Positions 9,327-20,655 are shown, counted from the stretch's first letter. The stretch is DNA of 64,000 bases from Waterburya sp. (GCA_965217895.1 CBDCJV010000002.1:832001-896000); one strand, 5' to 3'. Numbers and translations are program-made. The notes: generated by a model not told the origin, from the letters alone.

Positions 9327-10450
9327 TACCAATTCTCCATGAAGATGCAATAAATTAATAATGGTGACACGGTGAGGAAAAATGGGAAATAAATTTCAGG
9401 TAGAAGTTAAAGAAAGTAAAGAAGAATTGAGACATCGATTGCATCATTCAGTTACCGCTAGCAGTAGAGAAAGATTACAGATGCTGTATTGGCTAAAACA
9501 AGACGCGATCGCGCTCGTGAAAAGAACTATCTCAAAAATTGAGTAGGGATGAATCCACCGTATATCGATGGCTTAAAAGATATCGCCAAGGAGGTCTTTC
9601 AAATCTACTGTCTGTAAAAACTCCTCCAGGCAAGAAAAGTAAAATTGACGCTCAAGAAATGAATCAGCTCAAAGAACGTTTAAGTCAACCTCAAGGATTC
9701 AAAAGTTATGGAGAAATTCAAGAGTGGCTCAATCAGGAACTTGGTATAGATCTTGCTTACAAAAGCGTACATAAAATTGTTCGCTATAAACTAAAAGCCA
9801 AACCGAAAGTACCACGTCCACAAAGTCCCCAAGCCAAACCTCAAGTTCAAGATGCCTTTAAAAAAAACTAAAAGACATCATAAAAGTGTTAATTAACTAT
9901 TTGGCTACAGGTCAACCAGTTCGTTACTGGTGTCAGGATGAAAGCCGTTTGGGACTTAAGACATTAGCAGGAAAAATAATTACTTTACAAGGTATCAAAC
10001 CTCAAGGAACTATGGGATGGCAGAGAGACAACTTTTATCTTTATGGGCTAGTCGAACCTTTGAGCGGAGAAAGTTTCTTTTGGGAGTTTTCTCATCTTGA
10101 TAGTCTTTGTTTCCAGCATTTTTTAGATCTGTTTTCTCAAAACTATGCCGATAGCCTAAATTTAATTCAAATGGACAATGGCAGCTTTCATAAATCTCAT
10201 CAATTAAAATGGGCTGATAACATCATTCCAATTTTTCAACCTGCTCATAGTCCTGAACTTAATCCCATCGAACGTTTATGGGAACATATTAAAAGTAAAT
10301 TAGCTTGGGAATACTGCGATAGCTTAACTCAGTTAAGAACAAAATTAAAGCAGGTTCTTGATTCTATTTCCGAAGAAATGATTGCTTCTATTTGCGGATG
10401 GGACTATATTAAATCCGCTTTATTAAGTGCAACTTCATAGAGAATTGGTA
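9327..10450 (+). mobile_element. IS630-family insertion sequence; transposase 9382-10440, frameshifted
   Basis: TIRs TA-ccaattctccatgaagatgca and tgcaacttcatagagaattgg-TA; HTH ORF plus DDE ORF (QDESRLG, MDNGSFH, PAHSPELNPIERLW); A8 slippery site 9860-9867; extra frameshift at about 9510-9522. Confidence 0.92.
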
Positions 10451-10529
10451 TAACAAAATATTTTCTTCGTATTCGCTAATTTGAAAGCTGCGATCGCCTA
10501 GTTCATATTTTGGTTTATTCATCTTCACC

Positions 10530-10986
10530 ATTATGACATCCAAAGCTGTGATGCAAACACCTATAGCTAAGGGAATGCCGAACAATAGTTCTAAAGCGAT
10601 CGCACTGCAGACTAACTCTGCTGAATCACAAGCGGCGATCGCAATCTCACACAAAATCCACAGGAAAAAGCTGACGCGCGGACTGTAGTTGTCACGACAG
10701 GCTTGTGCCAAATCTCGTCCCGTTGCCACGCCCAGCTTGACACAAAGAGCCTGCAACACGATCGCCATCGGTTAGAGAGTAAGATAACACTCAGCAGCAT
10801 ATAGCCAAATTGAGCGCCGCCAGCTAAGTCAGTTGCCCAGTTGCCAGGATCCATGTAGCCTACCGCAACGAGGTATCCAGGTCCTGCATAAGCCAACATT
10901 TTGCGCCAAAAGCCTTTACCGTTGGGAATAGCAATCGTGCGATGTACTTCTGGCAAACTGGGTTGCTGTTTAGAAACGTCATTCAT
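10530..10986 (-). pseudogene. mntH: Truncated, frameshifted NRAMP Mn2+/Fe2+ transporter
   Basis: [19 protein letters not shown] signature; frameshift near 10770 into [22 protein letters not shown]; similarity stops after ITALDV (about 150 aa). Confidence 0.9.
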
Positions 10987-11339
10987 TTCTTTCTCATATT
11001 CTTCTCATAATTTAATCTAACATACCTGATTGTCTGAAACACTAATTTTCTAAAAGACAATGATTACAAAAAGATTTGATTTACCTTCTTTTAATTAGCG
11101 ATCGCCTTTGAGTTTTGTAAGAATCATGTTTCAGAAGAATAAAAAAAACCAAAAAGAGCAGCTTGCGTATGTCTTTGCTCTGGTAATCTAGACCTGATAG
11201 GGAATGAAAATTGCGATAAATGTTATCATCTTTAAGTTGTAATCAATGCAGAATATAGCTACAAAGTAAGAAGAGCTATTCCGTTGTTCTGGAATTTCAA
11301 TTATCAATACAATAACTACAAGAGTAAAGATCGCATACC

Positions 11340-12671
11340 ATGATTCACGATATATTTATGCCCGCCCTTAGTTCCACCATGACCGAAGGTAAAATCGTTG
11401 AGTGGACAAAATCTGCTGGAGACAAAGTAGAAAAAGGGGAAACGGTATTAGTTGTAGAGTCGGACAAAGCCGATATGGACGTTGAGTCTTTTAATGAAGG
11501 TTATCTGGCCGTGATTATGGTCGAAGCAGGACAAGAAGCACCTGTAGGTAGTGCGATCGCTTTGATAGCCGAAACTGAGGCAGAAATTGAAGAAGCTAAA
11601 AAACAAGCTGCATCTCATCAAGGAGGCGCAAGCGCACCCTCCCAAGCGGCACCTACAGCAGTCACCGCACCTCCAAGTGTAGAAATGGCTAAGGATACCA
11701 CTACCACTACCGCACCAAGCAACGGTACTAGCAATCACTCTGGCAGGACTGTTGCTTCACCCAGAGCTAAGAAACTAGCAAAACAACTAGGAGTTGACTT
11801 AAAAACCCTTCAGGGAAGTGGTCCCTATGGCAGAATTACCGCAGGTGATGTAGAACAAGCATCAGGAAAACCTGTTACTGCTCCTGCTGCAACTCCCATT
11901 GGTGTTGCTCCTATGGCTACTGCTAATGCTGCTCCTGCGGTAGTGGCTGCTGCTGTCCAACCTGTTGGTGTTTCTGCTCCTGCTATAAGTGCTGGATCTG
12001 GTGAAACTGTACCTCTTAATACTTTGCAAAAAGCAGTGGTACAAAACATGATGGCAAGTCTACAGGTGCCTACTTTTCATGTGGCATATACCATCACCAC
12101 TGATGCTTTAGATCGGCTTTACAAGCAAATTAAGCCTAAAGGTGTGACTATGACGGCTTTGTTAGCAAAAGCGATCGCCGTTACCCTGCAAAAGCATCCA
12201 GAAGTTAATGCTAGCTACACTCAAGACTCCATTAGCTATAATTCTCAAATTAACGTCGCAGTAGCGGTAGCAATGCCTGACGGTGGTTTAATTACCCCCG
12301 TATTACGTAATGCGGATCAAATGGATATTTATTCTCTATCTCGCACCTGGAAAGACTTAGTAAACCGCTCTAGATCTAAGCAGCTTCAGCCTGAAGAATA
12401 TAGTACTGGTACATTTACTCTTTCTAACTTAGGAATGTTTGGAGTAGATAATTTTGATGCCATTTTACCTTCAGGACAAGGTTCAATTTTAGCCGTTGGT
12501 GGTTCAAAACCTCAGTTAGTTGCTGATGATTCAGGCATGATGGGTGTCAAACGTCAGATGAAGGTCAATATCACTTCTGACCACCGTATTATTTATGGCG
12601 CACAGGCAGCAGCTTTCTTAAAAGATTTGGCAACTTTGATTGAGACTGATGCCCAGTCTTTAACGCTTTAG
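11340..12671 (+). CDS. pdhC: Pyruvate dehydrogenase E2 dihydrolipoamide acetyltransferase
   Basis: Lipoyl domain VESDKADM, E3-binding ASPRAKKLA...GSGPYGRI, catalytic DHRIIYGA. Confidence 0.97.
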   Translation: MIHDIFMPALSSTMTEGKIVEWTKSAGDKVEKGETVLVVESDKADMDVESFNEGYLAVIMVEAGQEAPVGSAIALIAETEAEIEEAKKQAASHQGGASAPSQAAPTAVTAPPSVEMAKDTTTTTAPSNGTSNHSGRTVASPRAKKLAKQLGVDLKTLQGSGPYGRITAGDVEQASGKPVTAPAATPIGVAPMATANAAPAVVAAAVQPVGVSAPAISAGSGETVPLNTLQKAVVQNMMASLQVPTFHVAYTITTDALDRLYKQIKPKGVTMTALLAKAIAVTLQKHPEVNASYTQDSISYNSQINVAVAVAMPDGGLITPVLRNADQMDIYSLSRTWKDLVNRSRSKQLQPEEYSTGTFTLSNLGMFGVDNFDAILPSGQGSILAVGGSKPQLVADDSGMMGVKRQMKVNITSDHRIIYGAQAAAFLKDLATLIETDAQSLTL

Positions 12672-12769
12672 GATAAAAAGCTATTAGCCCTTAGCTTTTA
12701 GCTTTTAGCTTTGATTTAACTATTATATGCAAAGCGGTATCCTTATCCGAAGGTGTGCCCTTTAGATGG

Positions 12770-12918
12770 GTAGGGTGGGCATTGCATAATACGCAGAAAG
12801 AAAGCGACAAAAATTTTCTAATGCCCACCGCAATTATATTTTGATGTTGATTATTTATTTGGTGGGCAATTATATCCTGAAACATTAATTTGCTCTGGTT
12901 ATTCTATGCCCACCCTAC
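12770..12918. repeat. REPIN-like inverted REP doublet
   Basis: GTAGGGTGGGCA (12770)...atgcccacc (12821)...ggtgggca (12861)...TGCCCACCCTAC (12918); GTAG/CTAC ends. Confidence 0.75.
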
Positions 12919-13003
12919 AGGCGATCTAACAATTGTATATAATCTATTGGATTAAAAATTGTCTGTGAATTTTAATTATAAATATTGATACATCTGGAAG
13001 ATA

Positions 13004-13384
13004 ATGGACGTAATCTTTAAGGAGAGAATTATTTTGTCTAGATTCATCACTCTTGTTACTGTTTATTTTGTTTTATGTACCTTATTTATTTCTCCTGTCC
13101 ATGCCGAGATAATAAATAATCTTGACAGTGGCGCAAAGGTATTCAAAGCCAACTGTGCTGGTTGTCATGCCAAGGGGGGAAATATTGTACGACGGGGCAA
13201 AAACCTAAAGTTAAAAGCTCTTCATAAATATAAAATGGATAGTCAGGAGGCGATCGCATCTATCGTAACCAATGGCAAAGGCATTATGTCAGCTTATGGA
13301 GATAAGTTAACTCCACAAGAAATAGCAAATGTTAGTACCTATGTTTTGCAAAGAGCAGAACAAAATTGGCAGCAATTAAATTAA
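13004..13384 (+). CDS. petJ: Cytochrome c6-family protein
   Basis: Signal peptide, GAKVFKANCAGCH heme motif, NGKGIMSAYG axial Met. Confidence 0.85.
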   Translation: MDVIFKERIILSRFITLVTVYFVLCTLFISPVHAEIINNLDSGAKVFKANCAGCHAKGGNIVRRGKNLKLKALHKYKMDSQEAIASIVTNGKGIMSAYGDKLTPQEIANVSTYVLQRAEQNWQQLN

Positions 13385-13926
13385 TTTTGTTTAAAGGCAT
13401 GACGACAATCATTAAAAAGACTGTTTAACTGTTGTTTAACTCGATAAGGATTTTTTCCTCTCAACATGGCAGCAATTAGTGCTTCATGAGGATTTCTTTT
13501 ATTTTGTTTTACAGCATATATAGCTTCTTGATTAGAAAACCCGCGCTGACTAACTAACCAACAAGCCAAGACTATTCCAGTCCTTCCAATCCCTCCAGAA
13601 CAATGAACTACTATTTTTTGATCTTGTTTGTCTGCTGAAATTAAAAAAGGAATAATACGCTTGATTAATATTTTTGATGAAGGAATCTGAAAATCTTTAA
13701 TTGACTGCCATAATACAGATTCAGAATTAAATTTTTGCCTGTAGGTTGCCAATAAGTTTATTGGGTAGCGATCAAGTTGCTTACTCTCCAACAAACAGCA
13801 AACTCTACTGACTTGCTTTTGCTGCATAAACTCGATCCACTGCTCAATCGATCTTTGTGTATATTTAGGTCTGGCAGCACCGAATACTATTGATTCATCT
13901 TCAGCAGCAGGAGCAAATTTATACAT
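13381..13926 (-). CDS. Dual-specificity/tyrosine protein phosphatase
   Basis: P-loop VHCSGGIGRTG. Confidence 0.9.
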   Translation of the reverse strand: MYKFAPAAEDESIVFGAARPKYTQRSIEQWIEFMQQKQVSRVCCLLESKQLDRYPINLLATYRQKFNSESVLWQSIKDFQIPSSKILIKRIIPFLISADKQDQKIVVHCSGGIGRTGIVLACWLVSQRGFSNQEAIYAVKQNKRNPHEALIAAMLRGKNPYRVKQQLNSLFNDCRHAFKQN

Positions 13927-13994
13927 ACAATAATGGTCTTTCCAATATAATGACCATAAGAGAAAGTAATATTTTTAAATCTTAATTAATATAA

Positions 13995-15143
13995 GTGGTT
14001 TATCAAGCTCAGGATACGAGTACAGTTACAGATATTTTAGAACGGGCAGAAAAAGGGGAAGATATTTCGGTAGAAGAGGGAATTTATCTTGTCAAACAAG
14101 AAGATCCTAAAATCAAAAAAGCGATCGCCACAACTGCTAACAATCTCCGACAAAAGCAGGTAGGAAATACCGTAACCTATGTAGTTAACCGCAATATTAA
14201 CTTTACCAATATCTGCGAACAGCACTGTAGTTTTTGCGCTTTTCGTCGGGACGCTGATGAAGCGGGATCGTTTTGGCTTGATAGTTCTCAAATTATTGCT
14301 AAAGCAACCGAAGCAGTCGAAATTGGCGCAACAGAAATTTGTATGCAGGGGGGTTTAAATCTCCAGGCAAAAATAAACGGCGAATCTTTAGCTTACTATC
14401 TCAATCTTGTTAGAGAAATTAAACATAATTTTCCGAGCTTACATCTTCATGCTTTTTCCCCCCAAGAAATTCAGTTTATTGCCAGAGAAGATAGCATTAG
14501 CTACGAAAAAGTGCTGTTAGCTTTGAAAGAAGCTGGTTTAGGTTCAATGCCTGGCACAGCAGCCGAAATACTCGACGATAAGGTAAGAAATGTTATTTGT
14601 CCCGAAAAGATTAACAGTGCGACTTGGTTAGAGATAATTAGTTTGGCTCATCGTTTGGGCATACCTACTACCAGCACCATGCTATCGGGTCATATTGAAA
14701 CCAAACAACAGCAAATAGAACATTTAGCCAAATTGCGATCGCTCCAGCAAACTGCCGTTGCTAATAATTATCCAGCCAAAATCACTGAGTTTATTATTTT
14801 ACCTTTTGTCGGACAAGAAGCCCCTGCCCCCATTCGTCATCGCGTCGGTAGAGATCAACCAGATGTAGCAGAAGTATTGCATTTAACTGCCGTTGCCCGC
14901 ATCTTTCTGGGTAACTGGATACCCAATCATCAACCAAGCTGGGTCAAAATTGGTCTAGAAGGAGCGCGAAAAGCCCTGGAGTGTGGCTGTAATGATATTG
15001 GTGGAACTTTAATGGAAGAGCATATTACCACCATGGCAGGGGCGCAGGGAGGCACCTGTATGTCAGTAGAGAATTTACAACAGGCGATCGCCACTTTAGA
15101 TCGACCTTACCAACAAAGAAACACTGTCTATACGTATTTATAA
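13995..15143 (+). CDS. cofH: FO synthase subunit 2 (radical SAM)
   Basis: [41 protein letters not shown]. Confidence 0.92.
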   Translation: MVYQAQDTSTVTDILERAEKGEDISVEEGIYLVKQEDPKIKKAIATTANNLRQKQVGNTVTYVVNRNINFTNICEQHCSFCAFRRDADEAGSFWLDSSQIIAKATEAVEIGATEICMQGGLNLQAKINGESLAYYLNLVREIKHNFPSLHLHAFSPQEIQFIAREDSISYEKVLLALKEAGLGSMPGTAAEILDDKVRNVICPEKINSATWLEIISLAHRLGIPTTSTMLSGHIETKQQQIEHLAKLRSLQQTAVANNYPAKITEFIILPFVGQEAPAPIRHRVGRDQPDVAEVLHLTAVARIFLGNWIPNHQPSWVKIGLEGARKALECGCNDIGGTLMEEHITTMAGAQGGTCMSVENLQQAIATLDRPYQQRNTVYTYL

Positions 15144-15252
15144 TTATGGAGTGTATTTTGTTTCAATTCTATGAACAAACTTAAGTATCCCAAATAGGCC
15201 AAGGTTAGTTTAGTATTGTTATCTGAAATAGTAAAAAGTAAAAAATAGTTAC

Positions 15253-16191
15253 ATGAGAGTATTAGTAACTGGTGGTGCTGGTTTCCTTGGTTCCCATCTA
15301 ATCGATCGCTTGATGAAACAAGGTCACGATGTAATCTGTCTAGATAATTTTTTTACTGGTCATAAGCGTAATATTCGGCACTGGCTGGACAATCCCTATT
15401 TTGAGTTGATTCGTCATGATATTACCGAGCCAATTTCTTTAGAGGTAGATCAAATCTATCATCTTGCCTGTCCTGCTTCTCCAGTTCACTATCAATATAA
15501 TCCCGTCAAAACTATTAAAACTAATGTCTTGGGGACATTAAATATGCTTGGTTTAGCCAAGCGAGTTGACGCTAGGTTCTTACTAGCTTCTACTTCAGAA
15601 GTATATGGCGATCCTGATGTGCATCCTCAGCCCGAAGAATATCGCGGCAACGTAAATCCTATTGGTATTCGCAGTTGTTATGATGAAGGCAAAAGAGTAG
15701 CTGAGACTTTAGCATTTGATTATCATCGTCAAAATAACGTAGACGTGCGGGTAATGCGAATTTTTAATACCTATGGTCCAAGGATGTTTGAAAATGATGG
15801 TCGTGTAGTCAGTAACTTTATTGTTCAAGCTCTCAAAGGCATACCTTTAACTGTTTATGGCGATGGTTCACAAACCCGCAGCTTTTGCTATGTTGGGGAT
15901 CTCATCGAAGGTATGATGCGATTGATGAACGGTGAACACATAGGGCCAATCAACATTGGTAACCCTGGAGAATATACGATCCTGCAACTGGCTGAAACTA
16001 TTCAAAAAATGGTTAATCCTGATGCGAAATTAACTTTTGAGCCACTTCCTCAAGACGATCCTTTGCAAAGACAACCTGATATCACCAAAGCTAAAAATCT
16101 TTTAGGTTGGGAACCTACTGTTGACCTAGAAGAGGGACTGAAAATGACTATTGAAGACTTTCGTTCTCGAATCGCCAGTGGAAAAGCTTAG
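15253..16191 (+). CDS. UDP-glucuronate decarboxylase (UDP-xylose synthase)
   Basis: [29 protein letters not shown]. Confidence 0.93.
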   Translation: MRVLVTGGAGFLGSHLIDRLMKQGHDVICLDNFFTGHKRNIRHWLDNPYFELIRHDITEPISLEVDQIYHLACPASPVHYQYNPVKTIKTNVLGTLNMLGLAKRVDARFLLASTSEVYGDPDVHPQPEEYRGNVNPIGIRSCYDEGKRVAETLAFDYHRQNNVDVRVMRIFNTYGPRMFENDGRVVSNFIVQALKGIPLTVYGDGSQTRSFCYVGDLIEGMMRLMNGEHIGPINIGNPGEYTILQLAETIQKMVNPDAKLTFEPLPQDDPLQRQPDITKAKNLLGWEPTVDLEEGLKMTIEDFRSRIASGKA

Positions 16192-16314
16192 ACAAAATTG
16201 GTAAAAGAGAAGTAATATATATCCTTCCTTTCGAGTTTTTGATGTATTTAATTTTTATTAATGTACATATATCAAAAAAATTTCAGTAAATAATACAAGA
16301 GGTTAATAAGTTCT

Positions 16315-17661
16315 ATGCGTGTTTGCGTTATTGGTACGGGATATGTCGGTTTGGTTACGGGTGTATGTTTGTCTCATATCGGACACGATGTAATCTGTGT
16401 CGATAACAACGAAGAAAAAGTTAAGTTGATGCAGTCTGGACAATCACCTATTTATGAGCCAGGTTTATCTGAACTAATGAAGTCTTCGTCTGAGTCTGGA
16501 AAGTTAACCTTTACCGCCGATTTGGCAAAAGGTGTAGCTCATGGAGAAATCCTTTACATAGCTGTCGGTACACCGCCTTTACCTACAGGAGAAAGTGACA
16601 CTCGCTATGTCGAAGCCGTAGCGCGGGGTATTGGGACTCATTTGAACAGTGAGTATAAAGTAATTGTCAACAAGTCAACCGTGCCAATTGGCTCTGGTGA
16701 CTGGGTAAGAATGCTGGTATTAGATGGCAACAAAGAAGCTGGAAGCAATGTAGAACCTGTTTTTGATGTGGTTAGTAATCCTGAATTTTTGCGTGAAGGT
16801 TCAGCAGTATATGATACCTTCAACCCCGATCGCATTGTTTTAGGTGGTAATAGTGATAAGGCAATTTCGATGATGCAGGAACTTTATAGTCCCTTGGTAA
16901 AGCGCGAGTATGCTGAAGATAAGTCCGCCCCTCCTGTACCAGTCGTAGTCACGGACTTGAGTTCAGCCGAAATGATTAAGTATGCTGCCAACTCTTTTCT
17001 GGCAACCAAAATTAGCTTTATCAACGAAGTAGCCAATATATGCGATCGCGTTGGTGCCGATGTGACTCAAGTTGCTGCGGGAATTGGCTTGGACTCTCGC
17101 ATCGGCGGTAAATTTTTAAGTGCTGGTATTGGTTGGGGTGGCTCTTGTTTTCCCAAAGATGTTTCGGCTTTGGTTCATACTGCTGATGATTATGGTTATG
17201 AATCCGAACTACTCAAAGCAGCAATCAACGTTAACCAGCGTCAACGCTTGCTAGCTTTAGAGAAGCTGCAAAATGAGCTAAAAATTCTTAAGGGTAAAAC
17301 CATTGGTTTATTGGGTTTGACCTTCAAGCCAGACACTGACGACATGAGAGATGCTCCTGCACTAGACTTAATTGAACAACTCAATCGTCTTGGTGCTAGA
17401 GTCAAAGCCTACGATCCCATTGTCTCTCAATCAGGCTTAAGTCATGGTCTTTCAAATGTCAGAATTGAAACCAATGCCGAAATGCTGGCAGACTGTTGTG
17501 ATGCTTTGGTCTTAGTTACCGACTGGAAAGAATTCCTTAAGCTAGACTTTACCAAAATGGTCAAGTTAATGAACAATCCTCTAATAATTGATGGACGAAA
17601 CTTCTTAGATAAAAATGCTGTAGAAGCTGCTGGGATGCGCTATATTGGCATGGGCAGATAA
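16315..17661 (+). CDS. ugd: UDP-glucose 6-dehydrogenase
   Basis: GTGYVGL, SNPEFLREG, GWGGSCFPKD, FKPDTDDMR. Confidence 0.95.
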   Translation: MRVCVIGTGYVGLVTGVCLSHIGHDVICVDNNEEKVKLMQSGQSPIYEPGLSELMKSSSESGKLTFTADLAKGVAHGEILYIAVGTPPLPTGESDTRYVEAVARGIGTHLNSEYKVIVNKSTVPIGSGDWVRMLVLDGNKEAGSNVEPVFDVVSNPEFLREGSAVYDTFNPDRIVLGGNSDKAISMMQELYSPLVKREYAEDKSAPPVPVVVTDLSSAEMIKYAANSFLATKISFINEVANICDRVGADVTQVAAGIGLDSRIGGKFLSAGIGWGGSCFPKDVSALVHTADDYGYESELLKAAINVNQRQRLLALEKLQNELKILKGKTIGLLGLTFKPDTDDMRDAPALDLIEQLNRLGARVKAYDPIVSQSGLSHGLSNVRIETNAEMLADCCDALVLVTDWKEFLKLDFTKMVKLMNNPLIIDGRNFLDKNAVEAAGMRYIGMGR

Positions 17662-17665
17662 ACAT

Positions 17666-17766
17666 TAGACTTCCTTGCATAAATCATAATGAACTACTTA
17701 GAAACGAGGAAAAAAGTTAAAGGTTAAAGGGAAAATGATTTATCTTATATTTACGCAAGAGGTCGA
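17666..17766. mobile_element. MITE-like element, about 100 bp
   Basis: Imperfect TIRs tagacttccttgcataaat and atttacgcaagaggtcga; flanking (a/t)taaacat direct repeat. Confidence 0.55.
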
Positions 17767-17886
17767 TTAAACATTAAAGTGAACAAAAGACGCTGATGAT
17801 TTAAGCTAAATATTTTGTTAATAGTGCAAAGTAGAATTATCTGCTTTGCATTTTTTTGAGTAAGATTGTACATTCATTTTTTGTTT

Positions 17887-17992
17887 TATAGCAGTCGAAG
17901 TAAAGGTCAAGACTATAAATAATTATCTCGCGCAGAGGCGCAAAGACGCAAAGAAATTAAAAGATGTCCTGATCTATGATTCGATTGCTATA
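17887..17992. mobile_element. MITE-like element with TA ends (IS630-type)
   Basis: tatagcagtcgaagtaaaggtcaagac versus gtcctgatctatgattcgattgctata, an imperfect inverted repeat of about 27 bp. Confidence 0.65.
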
Positions 17993-18123
17993 AATGGATA
18001 TTTCGCACCTAAAAAAACATTTTTGAGAGTTAAATTTAAGAGGGTGTGTAATTCAGATTTGCTGTAATAAAATTTTGGATAAGGATTGAACTGAGAAAGC
18101 TTGTGTCAGTTCCAAACTAAAAT

Positions 18124-19950
18124 ATGAAGCTTAAAAGCAAAATTTTGCTGGGCTATGGTCTGTCTTTGACTTTAGTTGTCTTAGTCGGTGGTTGGGGTAT
18201 AATCAACCTGCGTCGCTTGGGTAGAGCTAGCGACGCAATTTTAAAAGAAAACTACCGCAGTATTCTGGCTGCGGAAAATACTATTGATGCACTTGAGCGA
18301 CAAGATAGTGCAATTTTATTATTTCTTTTAGAAAATAAAGAACAAGGTAGCCAGCAGTTTCGCCAGAATCAAATTGAATTTCTCAAGTGGCTAGGAAAAG
18401 CAGAAAGCAATATTACCATTCCAGGAGAAGCAGAAATTGTTGCCAGTATCGAACAGTCTTACGAAGATTACCTTACGGCTTTCTTTCGGCTACAGCAGCA
18501 AGCTAATCCTAGTACCGAAGACTACTACGAAACAATCGTACCTATCTTTGAACAAATACGCGATCGCTCTTCTCAACTGCGGAATATAAATCAAGCAACC
18601 ATGGAAGCAGCCTCGGAAAATGCTCAACAGGTGTCCCAACAGGCAATTTGGTCTATGGCGATCGCTGGAGCAACCGCAGCAGGAATTAGTTTGGGATTTA
18701 GTTTATTATTAACCCGTCGCATTGTTCAACCCCTGACAGAAATGACCACCGCTACGGAAAAGATTGCTAGGGGCGAATATGATATTGCCCTTCAGGTTAA
18801 ATCCAAAGATGAATTAGGGTTGCTAGCGCGAGAAATAACCACCATGAGTCAGAAACTTAAGGCATTTCGCGATCTCAACGTGGGTAAAACGATTATTGAG
18901 AAGCAGCGTAGCGAAGCAATTGTCCAGAGTATTGCCGATGGCATTATTGTAGTTGATAGCGAACTGAGAATTATAGCGATCAACCCTATTGCAGCCAGTA
19001 TTGCCAATGTTAAGTCAATGCTGGCGACTAACAATCATTTTCTGGATGTCTTTGATAATCGCCAACTGTATCAACATCTTAGACATACTGCCGAAACAGG
19101 AACACCTCCTCAGTTAGAAGACGATATTTTGACCGTTGAGCGAGAAAAATATACTCTGTACTATAAGTTTGCTATCACACCCGTAATTAGTGAGACAGAA
19201 AAGGTGATTGGAGCAATTTTATTGTTGCAGGATATCACTAAGCTTAAAGAATTGGATAATCTCAAGAGCGAATTTGTGGCTACAGCTTCCCATGAGTTAC
19301 GTACTCCCCTTACGGGAATGGCAATGAGCCTTAATTTACTTGCAGAAACTACAGAAGATAAGTTATCTGAGTCGGAATCAGAGCTATTAGATACCGCAGT
19401 CGAAGACGTGGAAAGGTTGAGAGGTTTAGTAAACGATCTGCTGGATTTATCTAAGATTGAGTCGGGAAAAATAGAGCTAGACTTTATAGATGTTGAAGTT
19501 GATTTCTTGTTAGATAAGGCAATTTCCGCTCTGCAAATACAGGCAGAACAAAAAGAAATCACCCTGGCAAAGCAATCTCTATCTGAGGAGATACGAGTAA
19601 AGGTAGATGCTAACAAAATCATTTGGGTATTAACTAATTTAATTGCTAATGCACTGCGCTATAGCGAACTAGGAGAAGAAATTAAAATTGGTGCAACCCC
19701 TAGAAATAGCTGGGTAGAAATATTTGTTACCGACAAAGGAGCGGGTATTCCTTTAGAATTTCAAAGTAAAATATTTGATAAATTCGTTCAGGTAGAAACA
19801 GAGAAAGATGTCGGTGGTAGCGGTTTAGGATTGGCTATTTGTAAAGAGATGGTTCAAGCTCATGGAGGTAGAATATGGGTAGAATCTACTGTTGGTCAAG
19901 GAAGTACTTTTACCTTTACTGTACCCAGAAGTCATAGCGAATCAAATTAG
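18124..19950 (+). CDS. Sensor histidine kinase (TM-HAMP-PAS-HisKA-HATPase, KinB-like layout)
   Basis: ASHELRTPL H-box, NLIANALRY, DKGAGI, GSGLGLAI. Confidence 0.93.
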   Translation: MKLKSKILLGYGLSLTLVVLVGGWGIINLRRLGRASDAILKENYRSILAAENTIDALERQDSAILLFLLENKEQGSQQFRQNQIEFLKWLGKAESNITIPGEAEIVASIEQSYEDYLTAFFRLQQQANPSTEDYYETIVPIFEQIRDRSSQLRNINQATMEAASENAQQVSQQAIWSMAIAGATAAGISLGFSLLLTRRIVQPLTEMTTATEKIARGEYDIALQVKSKDELGLLAREITTMSQKLKAFRDLNVGKTIIEKQRSEAIVQSIADGIIVVDSELRIIAINPIAASIANVKSMLATNNHFLDVFDNRQLYQHLRHTAETGTPPQLEDDILTVEREKYTLYYKFAITPVISETEKVIGAILLLQDITKLKELDNLKSEFVATASHELRTPLTGMAMSLNLLAETTEDKLSESESELLDTAVEDVERLRGLVNDLLDLSKIESGKIELDFIDVEVDFLLDKAISALQIQAEQKEITLAKQSLSEEIRVKVDANKIIWVLTNLIANALRYSELGEEIKIGATPRNSWVEIFVTDKGAGIPLEFQSKIFDKFVQVETEKDVGGSGLGLAICKEMVQAHGGRIWVESTVGQGSTFTFTVPRSHSESN

Positions 19951-19964
19951 GAGAAATATAGTTA

Positions 19965-20621
19965 ATGTCCCAAGCAAAAATTCTGGTAGTTGATGATGAT
20001 AAAAACATTAGACGTACCGTAACGATCGCTTTAGAGTCTCTCGATTATTTCGTGCATACGGCATTTGATGGTAAAGATGCAATGGTGCAGCTAACAGGTG
20101 ATAAATACGATCTAATTATTACCGATCTTAAAATGCCTGGAATGAACGGCATGGAATTGCTGCAACAGGCGATCGCTAAATATCCTGAGATTAAAATTGT
20201 TTTGATCTCCGCTCACGGCACGGTAGATAATGCAGTAGGAGCGATGAAGCTAGGGGCGATAGATTTTCTGCAAAAGCCATTTACCCCTAAAGAACTAAGA
20301 AATTTAGTTCACAATGTTTTAGAAACTGAATCAGCAACACAACCAGAATCAGAATATAAATCAAGTTTAAAATCCGCTAAAAAATTAGCCAGAAAACGTG
20401 AATTCGATAAGGCGATCGCTCAAACTAAAAAAGCGATCGGTATAGACCCCTCTAAACCCGAAGCTTTTGACTTTTTAGGACAGCTACAGGAAACTTTAGG
20501 TGATTTTGATAGTGCAATTAAGAACTATCGTGTTGCAATTAGCTTAGATCCTACTTATCAACCTGCAAAAGATAACTTAGATCGAGCTACCAGCAATTTC
20601 ACTAACAGACCAAGCTTGTAA
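19965..20621 (+). CDS. Response regulator with a C-terminal TPR
   Basis: ILVVDDD, DLKMPGMNG, KPF; TPR-like tail AFDFLGQLQETLGDFDSAIKNYRVAISLDP. Confidence 0.9.
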   Translation: MSQAKILVVDDDKNIRRTVTIALESLDYFVHTAFDGKDAMVQLTGDKYDLIITDLKMPGMNGMELLQQAIAKYPEIKIVLISAHGTVDNAVGAMKLGAIDFLQKPFTPKELRNLVHNVLETESATQPESEYKSSLKSAKKLARKREFDKAIAQTKKAIGIDPSKPEAFDFLGQLQETLGDFDSAIKNYRVAISLDPTYQPAKDNLDRATSNFTNRPSL

Positions 20622-20655
20622 CATTGTTCATTAAACATTTAGCATTAAACATTCA

